The notes beneath the pieces are model-generated. The model did no database searches, was not told where the DNA came from, and saw only the letters and a program-made list of their open reading frames with translations. A DNA stretch of 64,000 nt from Octopus sinensis (taxonomy: Eukaryota): NCBI RefSeq assembly GCF_006345805.1, contig NC_043005.1, positions 4,774,001 through 4,838,000 on the forward strand. Direction: 5' to 3'. The position numbers and the translations under genes were made by a program. The stretch's first letter is position 1. The number at the start of each line of letters is the position of its first letter. Of the stretch, positions 42,065-56,340 are shown piece by piece.

Positions 42065-44931
42065 CTTTGATGATAAAGTGTATAATAGAAACGTTCTCCA
42101 TTTGTTCTCATTATTAATTACAGCTTTTTTTTTTAATTATATATATATGTATATATATTTCAACAGAATTCTAAACACTAATAAATGAAGCAAGCTAGTT
42201 GAGTTCATAATCCACTGCACCACTTCTTAGCAAAGTATGTTTGGTATCTTAAAGACCGAGACGCTACTATCTCAATCATACACATTAGTAGTACTCATGA
42301 TATACAAACAAAAACATATCAACTTCTTGTAACAGCAATGTTTTTTGTTTTTGGTTTATTTTCAGTATTGTATCGAAGTCTGAATGATGAATAAAAATGT
42401 AACCATCAAGGTCATCATTTGACATCCACTTTTCCATGCTTATATGGGTTACAGAGTATTCGTTGAGAAAGAAGATCTTGTATAGTTGAATGCCCTTCCT
42501 GTCACCAACCGTCACCTGTCTCCAAGCAAGGCAATAATTCCTTTATAGCTCGACAGGTTTTTCATGGGACACTGGAAACAGATATCATCACCTGTATGAT
42601 GGTGATGCTTGTTTATGACAATCTCATGATGTCAAGACAAGGATACATACAAACACACACACACTTGGGAATATGTTAAAAGAGTTAAGAAATAGGAATT
42701 ATGAAGAAAAGATTTAAAAACTGATGTTATTTTTGTCTTTGTCATGTTGTTCATGTAGAGGAGAATATAGTTTGACATACATCTGATGGACTAAATGTAT
42801 GTATATTAATGATAACGTAAGCTGCTGTAATCCTTTATGAAATTTTTTAAAGCTTACATTCTTTTACAATTCTGAGACAAGTCATCACCGATGCCAGTGT
42901 CCATTCATAAAAGCATTTTCACCATTTTAGTGACAACATTTACAATGATGGCAACAAAATTAAGATAGATGGCAACATGACGGAGACACAAGATAATGAA
43001 TTTAAGGCTGATGCTTATGATTTGGAGGCTGACAATAAGATTGAAGTTGAGAAGTGATTATGGTAAGAATGTAAACGGTCATCAATAAAAGAAATATTCT
43101 AAGAAAATAGAATTGATTTTTTTAAAGATCAACTACATGGCATTGAAAAGATTCCCCCTCTCCTATAAATTGAAGCAAAATCTTTAAAAGACAAAGACTA
43201 AGAAAATAAGTTTATTCTAATCCCAACACAAAGTGGTTATTGTCTTTTATCTTTTACTGGTTCCAGTCATTAGACTGTGGCCATGCTGGGGCACCACGTT
43301 GAAAGAATTAACTCCAGTAATTTTTTTAAAGCCTGGCACTTATTTTATTGATCTCTTTTGCTAAACCACTAAGTTACGGGGGACATAAACACATCAACAT
43401 CAGTTGTGAAGCAGTGGTGGGGGACAAAGAAACAAAAGTATACACACACTTAAGGGGCTTTCTGTCTACCTAATCCACTCACAACGCTTTGGTCGTCCCA
43501 AGGGCATGGTAGAAGACACCTGCCCAAGGTGCCACACAGTGGGACTGAACACAGAACCATGTAGTTAGGAAACAAACAACTGTAAAGCTGCTAGTGTGTA
43601 CACACTGCATCTAAGATAAGCAAACAAAACCCACTGCATATTGCTGCACTGGTGCCTGTGGTTCCTTGACTAGCGTGAAATAGCAGCCAAATCTTCCTCA
43701 AATCAAATTCTACCAACTTAACTGAAGACAGGGCACATTATACAAAGTGGTTCTGAATGCATTACATCTGAGTGAAATGCAAGATGGTCATAACTGGAGT
43801 GCCTTCGATCACAGAACTGCTCTATCAGGGCTGACACAGGGTTAAGTATCAACAGATACAATTGTTTGTTCTGTTTGGGTTACATCCACTTTTTCATGCT
43901 TGCATGGGTTAGATGAATATATTATTAAGGCATTGTTTTACTGAGCCTGATGCCCTTACTGTCACTAACCCTTGCCTGTTTTACAAGCAAGGGATCTCTT
44001 TTTCCATACATCTATGAAGGCTTGAAGTGAGTGGATGATTTGTTGCAAATGGGAGAGACAGCAACAACACTGCATGTACTGAATGACCTTCATAGAGCAC
44101 ACACGTACAAACACGAAAACACACATACCTATAAATTATCATCATAATTTAAGGCCCATCTTCTGTGCTGGCATGGGTTGGACAGTCAGATGCAATGAGC
44201 CGGAAAACTGCGCCAAGCTCCCATGTCAGCCTTGACATAGTTTCTATGACTGGATGCCCTTCCTTATGCCAATCACTTGGCAGAATGTACTAGGTGCTTG
44301 TTTCATGACACCAGCACTTGTGAGATCATGCTCCCTTCAAATGAACAGTTGTAGTAAATAGGGAAAAGACACCCTTTGGTCATGAAGACTGTGGGATTGC
44401 ACCTAGAAAGTTACCCTCTGAGGCACAAGTCCTGGTAAGATTGTTTTTAAGGAAGACCAACAATTGCCCATGCATACCAGCCTCCCCTCTCCACGCCACC
44501 AATGTTATCCAAGGGAAAGGCAAAGACCAATATGGCTTGGCACCAATGACGTCACAACTCATTTCTACAGCTGAGCAACATGATATAAAGTATCTTGCTC
44601 AAAAACACAACACACAGCCCGGTCTAGGAATCAAACTCACTACCTCATGATTGTGAGTCCAACGCTCTTACTACTGAACCATACACCTTCACATGTAGTA
44701 AATACATACATATATATATATATGTGTGCTGTGTGGTCGATGCTAAAGCCTGCATGGTTTATACCAGTGCTGGTAGCACCTAAAAACCACCCACTACACT
44801 CTTGGCATTATGAAGGACATCCAGCTGTAGAAACCTTGCCAGATCAGATTGGAACCTAGTGCAGCCTCCTCGGTCCTCAGTCAAACCGTCCAACACATGC
44901 CAGCATGGAAAGCAAACGTTAAACGATGATG

Positions 44932-44962
<31 letters not shown>

Positions 44963-45371
44963 GTTCCTCTCAAACCATCCAATCCATGCTAGCATGGAAA
45001 ACAAATGTTGAATAATGATGATGATATTACACACACACACACAAAATAGGTTTCTTTCACTTTCCATCCACCAAGTTCACTTACAAGGCTTTGGTTGGCC
45101 TAAGGCTACAGTGCAAGATACTTACCTAAAATGCCATGCACCATATGATTACAAAGAGAAGTTCTTAACCACACAGCCAAGCTTACATCTATGATAATAT
45201 TACTTTCCATTTTTAGGGGACTATTTATATGTATCCTACAAGTTCTCTCTCTTAAGGGAAAGCTATTAATTCTATTAACTAATTCTTTTATTGGGGGTTA
45301 ATAATGCCAATAGAAATCCTTTGAAAGAAAGTCAAAAATCAAAAAGCAACATTAATTGAGGTTGTATTTAC

Positions 45372-45449
45372 CTTTGTTAATGAATTGCTTTTCCCAGCAT
45401 CAGGATCAACCAAGGCAGAATTTAGGGAGAAGATGGCTTCAATTTCAAT
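45372..45449 (-). CDS. KIF2A: Kinesin-13 exon: IEIEAIFSLNSALVDPDAGKSNSLTK
   Basis: cttcag acceptor, gtaaat donor, 78 nt, phase 0 to 0; resembles KIF2A IDLESIFSLNP. Confidence 0.93.
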
Positions 45450-46159
45450 CTGAAGATTCAAGAAATGGTAGATAAAATAAAACATTTAAAATATATTTAA
45501 TTTATAAATCCATATATCAACCAATGTAGTTTATAAATCAAAGAGTAACATTAAAAGAGTACATTGTATTTGTAGCACATTTTTTATCTTATTGTTTGTT
45601 TTAGCTCTTGCTTCAGATGACATCATTTTGTGACGTGTGACGTGTGTGTGACATTCATTTGCCTACAGAAATAGGAGACAATACTATCAGCAAAATAAAT
45701 GGAAGTAGATTAACCCTTATGATACCAACCTGTCTGAGATGACTTCTGCTTCTATGACAAAAACTGTGTTTAAAAGTGATCAAAGAGAAAATCTTCCATC
45801 AAAAGTTTGTGATAATTTCGGCTTCAAACATCAGCTTAATAATAGTAATGACCTTTTGCTAAATTCCTTACTTTCAAAATTAATTGAAACAAAGGCAAAA
45901 ATATCAAAAAGGTTAATATATACATTGTAGATTTGCTCTCTTTTTTTTTTTTTTGTCTGGGAGGGGGTGGAGAATAGGTTTCAAGACAGAATTATTGGTT
46001 TTTAAAAGAATTACAAATGTCGGCAAAACAACATAAAATAATATTTACACCATAGAAATTGGTTGTTTTTAACCCAATATATTCGTTTCAAATTTTGGCA
46101 CAAGGCCTGCAAGTTCATGGGAGTGGGTAAGTCAATTAGATGGACTGTAGTGTTTATTT

Positions 46160-48480
46160 GACATAGATAAGCTATATAATAGAGGCTCCGGCTACTGGAA
46201 ACTTAATACATCCCTTTTGGCGATTTAGGAGTACAGAGACCGGATTAAGTTACTGATTCAGAGGGCATTAACCAGATCCATTATTAACAATAAATGGTGG
46301 TATGCCCTCAAGTGAGCCATTAAATTCGAGTCAATCAGATATAACATAGGTTTAGTGGCTAGAGAGACTAGGAAGGAATCAGCATTAGTTAAGGACTTAG
46401 AGGAAGCAATGAGAACTGGCTCTGTGGCTCAGGTGAAAGCCAAGAGACTGGCATTAAACCAGCACCTTGAAGCCAAACACATGGGTTGCATTGTCAGGGC
46501 TAGACTACATGCAGTGGGTTGTGAGGGAATCAAGGCCGCAGGATGGGCCCAAGTGGTGGAAGCCCAATGTGGTAATGACGCCACAATCCGATCTTTGACA
46601 AACCAACAAGGTAAGTTGATAGACAAACCCAAAGATATACGTGAAGCTTTTCAAGAGCACTTCACCCAGATTTTGGTTGGGGCAGTGGGCCAGATAGGAG
46701 GGACCTAATGGACTTTCTCGTTGGGATGCTGTGTCTCTCAGGGTGGGATGCAGAGTGCTGTGAAGGACCAATCACGCCTGAGGAGGTAATTGGGGCTATG
46801 ACGGACTGTGGCATGGGTAAGGCGCCAGGACAGGATGGTCTACCCTATGAGTTGTATAAGAGTATGCCAGGCTTGTTCGGTCACCTGCTGGTGAATGTCT
46901 ATGTGAAATGGCAGCAGAACAGGTTTATTCCCAGATCTGTGCACTGGGGAGTGGCGACTCTTGTCAGAAAGGACCTGGACAAGAGGGATTCCGCTGATAA
47001 TTTTCGGCCTATCACTTTGCTAAATGCAGAGTTGAAGATTTTGGCCAAAGTGTTATCGAAAAGATTGGCACATGTCACAGATAGTTTAATGGGGAAAGCA
47101 CAGACATGTGCCGTTCCTGGCAGAACCATCTGGGATAATCCCCATCTTATACAGTACACTTTAGAGGGGTTTTAATAGTGATGCTGGCAAGGGTGAAGCA
47201 CTAGTCCATTTAGACCAATCAAAGGCTTTTGATAGGGTTGACCATCGGTGTCTGGTGTCTGTTCTGGTGCAGTCTGGCCTGGGTCTTCGCTTCCTCAGGT
47301 GGATCATTCAGATTTATGACAACATCAACTCAGTAGTTCAGGTGAACGGCTTTTTATCTAAGCCGTTCAGCATCAAATGCTCTGTTCATCAAGGATGTCC
47401 ACTCTCCTCACTTTTGTACGTGATGGCTCTTGAGCCATTACTGCAAAAATTGAACAGCATCCCAAAACAGCCAGGTTGTGGAAAGCTTACATGGATGACA
47501 TTACCATCATTGTAACCGAAATGGATCACCTACAGAAGGTAGGCAAGGCCGTTAAGATTTATAAGACGGTGGCAAGAGCAAAGGTTACTTGTGTAAAGTC
47601 AGTTGGCTTGCAGCTTGGCACCTGGAGAGGCAAGTTGATGCTCCCTGACGATGTTGTGGGACGTTGAATGGAGGGTCCAATTAAGTTGCTAGGTGTTTGG
47701 TTTGGACCAGACCTCCAAATAGCGAAGAACTGGGCCGAGGTATCGAGCAGGGTGACCCACATAGTCAAGACCTGGTCTTGGCAGTCACTATCCCTGAAAG
47801 GGAGGGCGGAGGTAGCCAATGTATTCATCGCATTGATCATTCATCACCTACTGCCTAACCATCGTTCCTTGCCCTGATTCGTGGTTGATCAACATGGAAA
47901 GACAGCTATTCCACTTCTTGTGGAAGGGCTCAAAAACCACTTGTGAGATGCTCTATTTGCTACCAACAACCGTTAAAAGGTGGGTTAGGGATGTCTTGGT
48001 TATTAATACGCTGAGGATGAGGCATCTGTGGCTCTACCTGGATGGTGAACAGGTGTGGTCTTTGCTGGTGAAAAGGATGTTTCCCAGGTTTCAGTGGACA
48101 GGAAATCTGGTTCTATCTCAGATCGAACATAGGTACATGGTTTACAGAGTGTCGAAAGGCACTCCTGCTATTCTGTCGCTCAGGCAATGCCTGTGATGGT
48201 GGTTCCACCGCATTCTTTTATAGAGGGCTAATAGAGGCAGAATGTGACGATACCTTAGGGGAAACCCTAGGTCTCGACGATAATCAGCTAGCCAGTTTGT
48301 TCCAACATACATTCAGGCCAAAGACCCTGGACAACTTTCAGAAGTCTCTGGCATGGCAGTGTTACTATGGAGCTTACCTGTTCGGGACAAGCTCACAAGG
48401 CATGGTGGCCATGGCCCTTCAACCTGTCCAAGATGCAAGCACAATAGGGAAACTGTCTGTTATCATCCATTTTTATATTT
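46160..48480 (+). mobile_element. Decayed Tx1/L1-clade LINE ORF2 (endonuclease end, reverse transcriptase, CCHC finger)
   Basis: GSGYWKLNTSLL, KAPGQDGLPYELY, NFRPITLLNAELKILAKVL, LDQSKAFDRVDH, QGCPLS, YMDD, KLLGVWF and CPRC..ET..H, broken by stops and frameshifts. Confidence 0.93.
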
Positions 48481-51400
48481 TGTTAAAAAAATTTAAAATT
48501 CATTTTTGTGTAACAATCATTCATTAATCTGACCCCCAAAATCAGATTGTGATGTCCCCCTCTATGTTGTCCCCTTGTGAGAAATAAAAAATCAACTTAT
48601 CAATCCCCAAAAGGATGAAAAGCAAAGTTGATTTCGGTGGAATTTGAACTCAGAACCTAAAGACAGACAAAATGCCACTAAGTATTTTGCCCAGTGTGAT
48701 AACAATTCTGCCATCTCGCCACCCTTAACCCAAAATATGACCTGCTATTATTTATAAGGTGGGCCCACTTCAAGACTAACACTTAAAGTGATTTATAACA
48801 ATAGTGTTAGACCAACTCTATCATCATTTAACCCTTCAGCATCTAAACTAACCAAATCTGGCCCAAATAGTCTACCTCTTTTGTGTTCAAACTGGTCAAG
48901 TCAGGCCTCTCACACCAAGCCTACAATGTCATTCTCAAAATAAACAATCACATCATAGAAATCATTAAACTACTAAAAAATATATAATTCAAAGTAATGT
49001 CAATGAATAAAGTATCAGATGGAGTAATCTGAATGCTAAGGGTTTAATGACCACTTTTCCATGCCTGCATGGGTTAGATGGGCATTTGTTGAGGCAGATG
49101 TTTTAAGGCTGGACAACTTTTCTCTCACCAACCCTCACCTGTTTCCAAACAAAGCAAACATTGCTTATATGATGGTGATGCTTATTTACAATCAGCACAT
49201 GATGTGAAGACAAAGGTGCACTCAACCACACAAACAGAATTCTATCTTCAAATCTACCCTTCTTTCTCCCAGACAAAAAGGAAATGGTCAGCAAATGTGG
49301 ATACAAGTCAACCTCCATTTCAGTTTCTGTCTGTCTAATCCACACACAAGACTTCGGTCAACCCAGTGCCTATAACAGAAGATACGTATCCAAGATGCTA
49401 CACAGTGGGACTGAACCCAAAACCACATGGTTGGGAAGCAAGTTTCTTACCCATATAGTCATCATAGGTTATATAATTTCTTACGTTACCTGTTCTTACA
49501 ATAGAATTATTTTTTAACATTGACAGTTTAGTAAATATTTTCACCACCTTCTCTCTCCGGGGAACCAAATTGGATTCTATTATTCTTCATGAAAATAATC
49601 AGCTGCATTTTAAATCTCAAGCTATGTTTCCCAAATAACTTGGGAATCTTTCATAGTTGCTACCATATGAAACTTTTGTCTTTAACCTCAAGCATTGTTG
49701 AAGTTCTGAAGTGTTTAGATATCATTACAAACACAAAAAAATAATAGGATTAAAATCTTCTTAATGACATTAATATTATTGATATTCGAGGCATCAAGAC
49801 AGTATAATAACAATAATAAATCTATTTCTGCTAACCTACTTAATGAAGTAATGTTCTTCATATTTATGACACATCCTAGCAGTTTAATTATCACAATTAA
49901 CAATGATTGTTTAACCCTTTTAAAACCCAAGGAGAAAGTAAAATTTCATCAAAACGACAAATGATCCAATTTATATTTTTATGCACACAACAATCAGCCA
50001 TTGACACTTCAAATCTAATACAACGTTGACTGAGCAGTAAAATATAAAATTCATTACAACATGGCTGCCACCAGCAGCTATGCTCTATGGCTGGACAGAT
50101 TTAAGAACAAAAAGAAAACTGTAACAATGCATAAAAACCTCCCCATCAAGTTTCAAGTTTAAAGATAAATTCATTTGCCAGAATCAGACAAATATCAGGT
50201 TATTTTAAAATATCAACCATTATTTCACAAACTAGCATTTTATTTAGTGATGTTACTTCTCCAAGTGACATTACATGAAAACCAGCAGCATATATACAAG
50301 TGTGCAGACTGAGACTGACAATTATTGCAGATATACTAATTCACATCAGAGTGAGATGCTTAGTAGAAAAGGAAGTCATTAAAGCAGCTTCACAATATCT
50401 ATTTTCAGTGTAACAAACTAATTGTTTGGATTTACGTGTCACCACGAGGAGAGGCGAATTTACTACATCCAGCAGAAACGAGTTTATATAGGCTGAGAGA
50501 ACACAATCCTTGTTTTTAATAGCGACTAGAAATTAGTGGTTTATCCCTTTTAATGCCAATCCATGTGTGACCATCCCTGGTTTTATGATATAAACTTCCT
50601 GATTTAAAGTCATCTAAATATCTTCCTTTAAAATTTTATGTCCCAAACACCAGATTAATAATGACAAAATTCTTTTAATAAATTCATTATTTTTAAAACA
50701 AACTGAAACAAAAGGCAGTATAGTATATATTATGAGAAATATGGCAACGAAAGGTTGCATCCTTTTGATGCCAATCCACCTGAGGCCACCTCTGGTTCTA
50801 TGATCTAAATTAAACCCGTCTGTCAGAACTCCATGTTAAATCCTGTCCCAAATGCCAGATTAATAAGATCCTCAATCATCATCATCGTTTAACGTCCGCT
50901 TTCCATGCTGGCATGGGTTGGACAGTTTGACCGGGGATCTGGGAAGCCAGAAGGCTGCACCAGGCTCCAGTCTTATCTGGCAGTGTTTCTACAGCTGGAT
51001 GCCCTTCCTAACGCCAACCACTCCATGAGTGTAGTGGGTGCTTTTTACGTGCCACCGGCACAGGTGCCAGGCGAGGCTGGCAACGGCCACGATCGGATTG
51101 GTGCATTTTACGTGCCACCGGCACTGAAGCCAGTCAAGGCGGCGCTGGCATCGGTCACGATTCGGATAGTGCTTTTTATGTGCCACCGGCACGGAAGCCA
51201 GTCTAGGCGGCGCTGGCATCGGCCACATTCAGATGGTGCTTTTACGTGCCACCATCTCAGGGATTTTCAAAACTAACAGAAACAAAATCTGTGTATTCCA
51301 ACTGAAATAAGGTCACAAAAGAGTTAAGCAGACCCATGTTTTCAAAGACATCCCAGCCATGTCATACTTTATTTAACCATTGCAAATTCCAGACTACATG

Positions 51401-51831
51401 ATCTAATGATGATAGGGTGTGATTTAACCCTTTTGATACCAACCTGAGACCACACCCTAGTTCTATGATACAAACTTCCTGTATTAATAGGATCTAAATT
51501 AAAACTAGCCATCAAAATTCCATGTTAATTTATATTCCAAACACTAGTTTTAATAAATGAAAAAAGCTATTTTTTAAATTCATTATTTTCAAACTTGAAA
51601 CAAAGGAAGTTTATTTCAACAGAAATATGATCACAACAGATTCAACAGAATAATGTCAGAGCATTCTCACACCACTCCAAACAGCTGATTAATACAAATT
51701 CCTAGCATCTCAGATTTCAAGGTCAACCAAAGAGATGATACTATTAGGTTTCCTGAGCTCAATATGTCAAATATGTTCCATTCTCTGGTTAGAACCAACA
51801 GACAAAAAGAACTTGATATTACATCCAAGTG

Positions 51832-51990
51832 ATATGTCATAATTTCCACATTAGAATATATTATAATTTCCACAATGGAATATATTATAATTTCCACATT
51901 GGAATATGTCATAATTTCCACATAAGAATATATTATAATTTCCACATTGAAATATATTATAAATTCCACATTGGAATATATTATAATTTC
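51832..51990 (+). repeat. Minisatellite, ~24-bp unit (tccacattggaatatattataatt), about 6-7 copies
   Basis: Directly visible; explains the repetitive ORFs 51667..52095 and 51829..52056. Confidence 0.92.
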
Positions 51991-53358
51991 TGGCACGTAA
52001 AAAGCACCCACTACACTCTCGGAGTGGTTGGCGTTAGGAAGGGCATCCAGCTGTAGAAACTCTGCCTGATCAAGATTGGAGCCTGGCGCAGCCATCTGGT
52101 TCGCCAGCCCTCAGTCAAAATCGTCCAACCCATGCTAGCATGGAAAGTGGATGTTAAACGATGATGATGATGACATTGGAATATATTATCAGAAAAAAAG
52201 TGATAATAGAATCCTTAACTGAGTCAAGGATTTCTTTTGTTTGTCTATTCCTGGTAAGAATGGAGTGTACAGACTTCTTAGGTTCTTCCAGACTACAGTG
52301 AGTGGAATAATTGAATGACATCAGCAGTTTAATTGGATGACCTAATGGATGCTGATAAGTGATGAGGAATACATGAACAAGGATGGAATCAGAAATTGAT
52401 GCAGTTGTGAGGAGAATGAGTGAAGGAAGGTAAGGTTTCTTTGTGTCAGGTGGATTTACCTGAAGCTTATAAGGAAAGAAAAAGTCAAAGGATTTGATGC
52501 CAATGATATAACAAGGGGAATGTGGCAGATGGAGAACATCTCTGTATAAGAACTGCTAAAAATATTGGTTGGTTGATTTTTCCCAGTCACACTTTACGTT
52601 GCATAAAGAAAGATGGAGACAGTAAAAGCGAGATGAAGAAAATTAACACAGAAGGTGCAGGATGAGTGCTTGGTGGGAGGCAATAAAGTAAAAGAGAGAG
52701 AAAGAGAGAGAAAACCTCATATATTTAATAATGACCAATATAAGTATTGGTTGGTTGATTTCACCAGTTACATCATGTATAGAGAGGAGGGGTTAAAGAG
52801 ATACAAAGATAGTTAAGATGTTCATAACTTTCTGAAAAATACAGTTTTTATGAAATTTTGCACAGATGAGTTTTCCAAGGTGTAGATTGCAATTATGTTG
52901 TTAGAATTTAGGAAAATATTCATGTACATTTATTGCAAATATACAAATTAGAAATTTGTTTTAATTTTATTTTCAGGTAATAATTTTTTTTTTCAAATTA
53001 GTATTCATTTCATCATTTTATATAAGTGCCAAGAAATTTGATGAAAGTTAAATTATAAATACCTATGTCATATTTTCTGATATTACCCAGGGTGGCAAAT
53101 GTATCTATCCTTCCAAAGTTACCAATCATATGACAGGTAACATTCTCAAGGCTTAATTATATGAGTTTTAATTAATGTGAACTATTTTTTTTTAAGCTGA
53201 CATCCCTTCTGTCTAATGTGTCTAGAAAGAAAGGGATGTTATCTGGAAACTAGTGTACAGATCAGGGGCTCTCAACCCTTTTAATATCTGAGCCAGATCC
53301 AAAAGCTGGATTTTTTTTTTAAAGTGCTGCACCAAAAAAAATGGAACAAATAAGTCAA

Positions 53359-53590
53359 TTAACCCTTTCGTTACCAACCCGGCTGAAACCGGCTCTGGCT
53401 CTTCAGTACAAATGTCTTGTTTTCATAAGTTCTGAATTAAAATCTTCCACCAAACCTTAGTCACAATTTATGTTCCTAACACTAGCTGAATGATAACTAA
53501 GTTATTTTACTAAATTCTTTGTTATATTTAAAGTAATTAAAAGAAACCTGACAGAGCATCTCAACAGAAATACAGTAATGAAAGGGTTAA
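53359..53590. mobile_element. TTAA-flanked MITE (piggyBac-like), family 1
   Basis: TTAA-CCCTTTCGTTAC...GTAATGAAAGGG-TTAA. Related copies at about 18506-18730, 19400-19625, 30827-31050, 45710-45915, 50545-51640. Confidence 0.8.
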
Positions 53591-53990
53591 AAGAAAATTT
53601 ATTACATTTATAAAAGGAAGACCATTGGGGGGGGAGGGCACTAGAAGGGTACTTGAGGGCTGCATGCACCCCTGGGAGCTGTGGCTGAGAACTGCTGGTA
53701 TAGATAAATGCCAGAGGGGCTTCATCCAAAATAAGTGGACGGAATTGTAGAGGAAAGGCTTTAGACTTTGTTAGGAGTTGAACCGTCTCAAACAGACTTT
53801 TAAGCTATTGTAAAATAAAATGCTTCTGAATTTTTTAAAAAGCAATAGCATCCCATCAAATTGAAATTATTGAGTGTAGGATTAAGAATCCTGGAACAGA
53901 TTAACTGCTTAAGTTATTTTAATCAAGGTACATCACAGAAAACAACATTCAAGAAGAGAGAATTCTACAAAAAAGCAATGTTTTCCTTAC

Positions 53991-54085
53991 CTCTTTGCCT
54001 TTTGTTTCTCCTTTTTCAAACCATTCTACAGTAACACTCCGAGATTCTTTGTGGATACAACTTATAACAGCCGAATGGACACGAC
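53991..54085 (-). CDS. KIF2A: Kinesin-13 exon, N-terminal domain: (G)RVHSAVISCIHKESRSVTVEWFEKGETKGKE
   Basis: ctctag acceptor, gtaagg donor, 95 nt, phase 1 to 0; resembles the KIF2A motif GRIH..VTVEW.E.G.TKGKE. Confidence 0.95.
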
Positions 54086-56340
54086 CTAGAGTTAAAAACA
54101 AATGAATCAACATATTAATGTCTGTTCCTCCACATTAGAAGAAGTGAGGTGTAGTGACTTTGCTGCATTTGGCACCACACCAAATCTAAAGCCTTCACTC
54201 GAAGGAGATTTCTTCAAAATACCAATAGGTGTGGTAACCATTTACATATCAAAATACAAGTGATGGAAGTCTAGATTTTATAGCAAGAAACTTTGAAACT
54301 TTGTTAGGTAGAAATTTAAAATAAAGATAGAACCGTTATTAGGAATGTTCTTGCAACTTCTGAGTAGGATTTTGGCTTAAACAAATGGACAGGTTGAAAT
54401 ATAAAAACGATAGAGAGAAAATGTTAAATGAAACCAATTTTAGATGTCTATTTATTAAAACAAATTTATAGAAACTCTTTTTAAATCATTCCTGTAGATT
54501 CCTGGATTAATTTGTTGCAAAGTAATTTAAAAGTAAATTACACCCCACCCCGCCAGTTTCTTTATTCTTTTCTTTTAAATTTAGGACAGATAGGTTTACA
54601 AAGAAACAACATCAGAAGCAAAAAAATCAAGTATTAAAAACCACACTCCATCCTCTGTTGCACGGGTTTGCTGTATCTGCTCTCTCTATCTTTTCTACCA
54701 CTACAAGTTCTGGCTGGCCTCACACCACCAACACCACCCTCCCTGTCCCACTCATCTCTCCCCCCATCAACACCTGGTGCATCCAAGCCCACCTTCCTCC
54801 CTTTCCCTACACAAACCCCTACACCTGATCCTTCCTCTCCCAAAACTACATCACTCTGCAATCTCCACCCTACTCATGCCATCCCTGCAGGTATTGACTT
54901 GCAATTGTTTAGACATTAACAGCCCCAACCTAATGTCTCCAATCTTGGGAGGTGTACAAGGGTCAGGGGCTCTACCTCTGCCTCCAAACTCAGTAATAAA
55001 AAAAGACAAAGAGAAAAAAACACGACAGAGCTAGAATAATCCTTGACTTAGCACATTACCATTATAATTATTACAGGAATAAAAAAAACACCAAGTGAAA
55101 GCAATGTAGTTTTAATTCTTTTCACAATTTGCTAAAAAATTCCTCAACCATAATATACACATACCATTTTCAAATGATCCAAATAAAAACCTTCCATCAA
55201 AATTCCATGTTAATTTGTTCCAAACACCAGCTTAATAATGACAAAATTATTTTACTAAATTCTTTGTTGAAAGTAATTGAAAGAGAGGAGCTTGTATTTT
55301 TAACAGAAATATAACATCAAAAGGATTGAAACGATTTTTTAAAAAACCTTCCATCACAACTTGTTAGTTTATTTTCCAAATACCAGTTTAATCATGACCA
55401 AGTTATTTTACTAAGCTACTTTATTATCTTCAAGATTAATTAAAACAAAGCAGTGTATTTCCGTAGAAATATGGAGACAAATGGGTTAAATTTAATGAAA
55501 AATTTATAACTTGCAAAAACTGGAGTTAACCAGTGAGTTACTAAAAGTTACTCTGAGTAATTGGATTAATTTACTCAGAGATGCAAACCCGTGTGAAAAA
55601 TAACAGTAAAGTCAGTGTTCACATATTCAATCCTTTTATCTTACTCTTTACTCTTACTTGTTTCAATCATTTGACTGTGGCCATGCTGGAGCACCACCTT
55701 TAGTCAAGCAAATCGACCCCAGGACTTATTCTTTGTAAGCCTAGTACTTATTCTATCGGTCTCTTTTGCCGAGCTGTTAAGTTACGGGGACATAAACACA
55801 CCAGCATCAGTTGTCAAGTGATGTTGGAGGGCACAGACACAGAAACATACACACACACATATATGTATATATATATATATATATATATACGATGGGCTTC
55901 TTTCAGTTTCCATCTACCAAATCCACTCACAAAGCTTTGGTCAGCCCGAGGCTATAGTAGGAGACACTTGCCCAAGGTGCCACACAGTGGGACTGAACCC
56001 AGAACCACTCCTGCACCTATGACCATATGTCTGTTGAAATACATTATATTTGTTTCAATTAGTGAACAACATATTAAGTAATTGTCATTATTAATCCTTT
56101 TAATCTTAATCTGCTTGGGACTGTAGGTGCCAACACGAACCGGATCTAAAAGTATCAGGACTGAAGCTATAAAAAACCACTTGCAACATATCAATTTGGC
56201 ATTTAATCTCCTTCGAAGGAGACCCCTTCTGAATCATTGTTTCCATTCATGGAATCATTCCTGGGACTCCTTTTTTGAAGGATAGCTAGCAGCTGTCACT
56301 TGGCATTCTCTTGGATTTCCTCAACATCTTGAAATCTTAC

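Noticed and set aside
42900-43040. Short acidic plus-strand reading frame SDNIYNDG..EVEK
   Set aside because: Wrong strand for KIF2, no start or splice support, no recognisable family.
54107-54241. 44-aa minus-strand ORF MVTTPIGILKKSPSS.. just upstream of the first found exon, as an alternative first exon
   Set aside because: It stops before the exon and is out of frame; linking needs a weak donor, and nothing resembles the expected ..IKRSD-G first exon.
54640-54920. GC-rich Pro/Ser-rich ORF, possibly a LINE endonuclease fragment (TLCNLHP)
   Set aside because: Only a few residues are suggestive; cannot be supported without a profile search.
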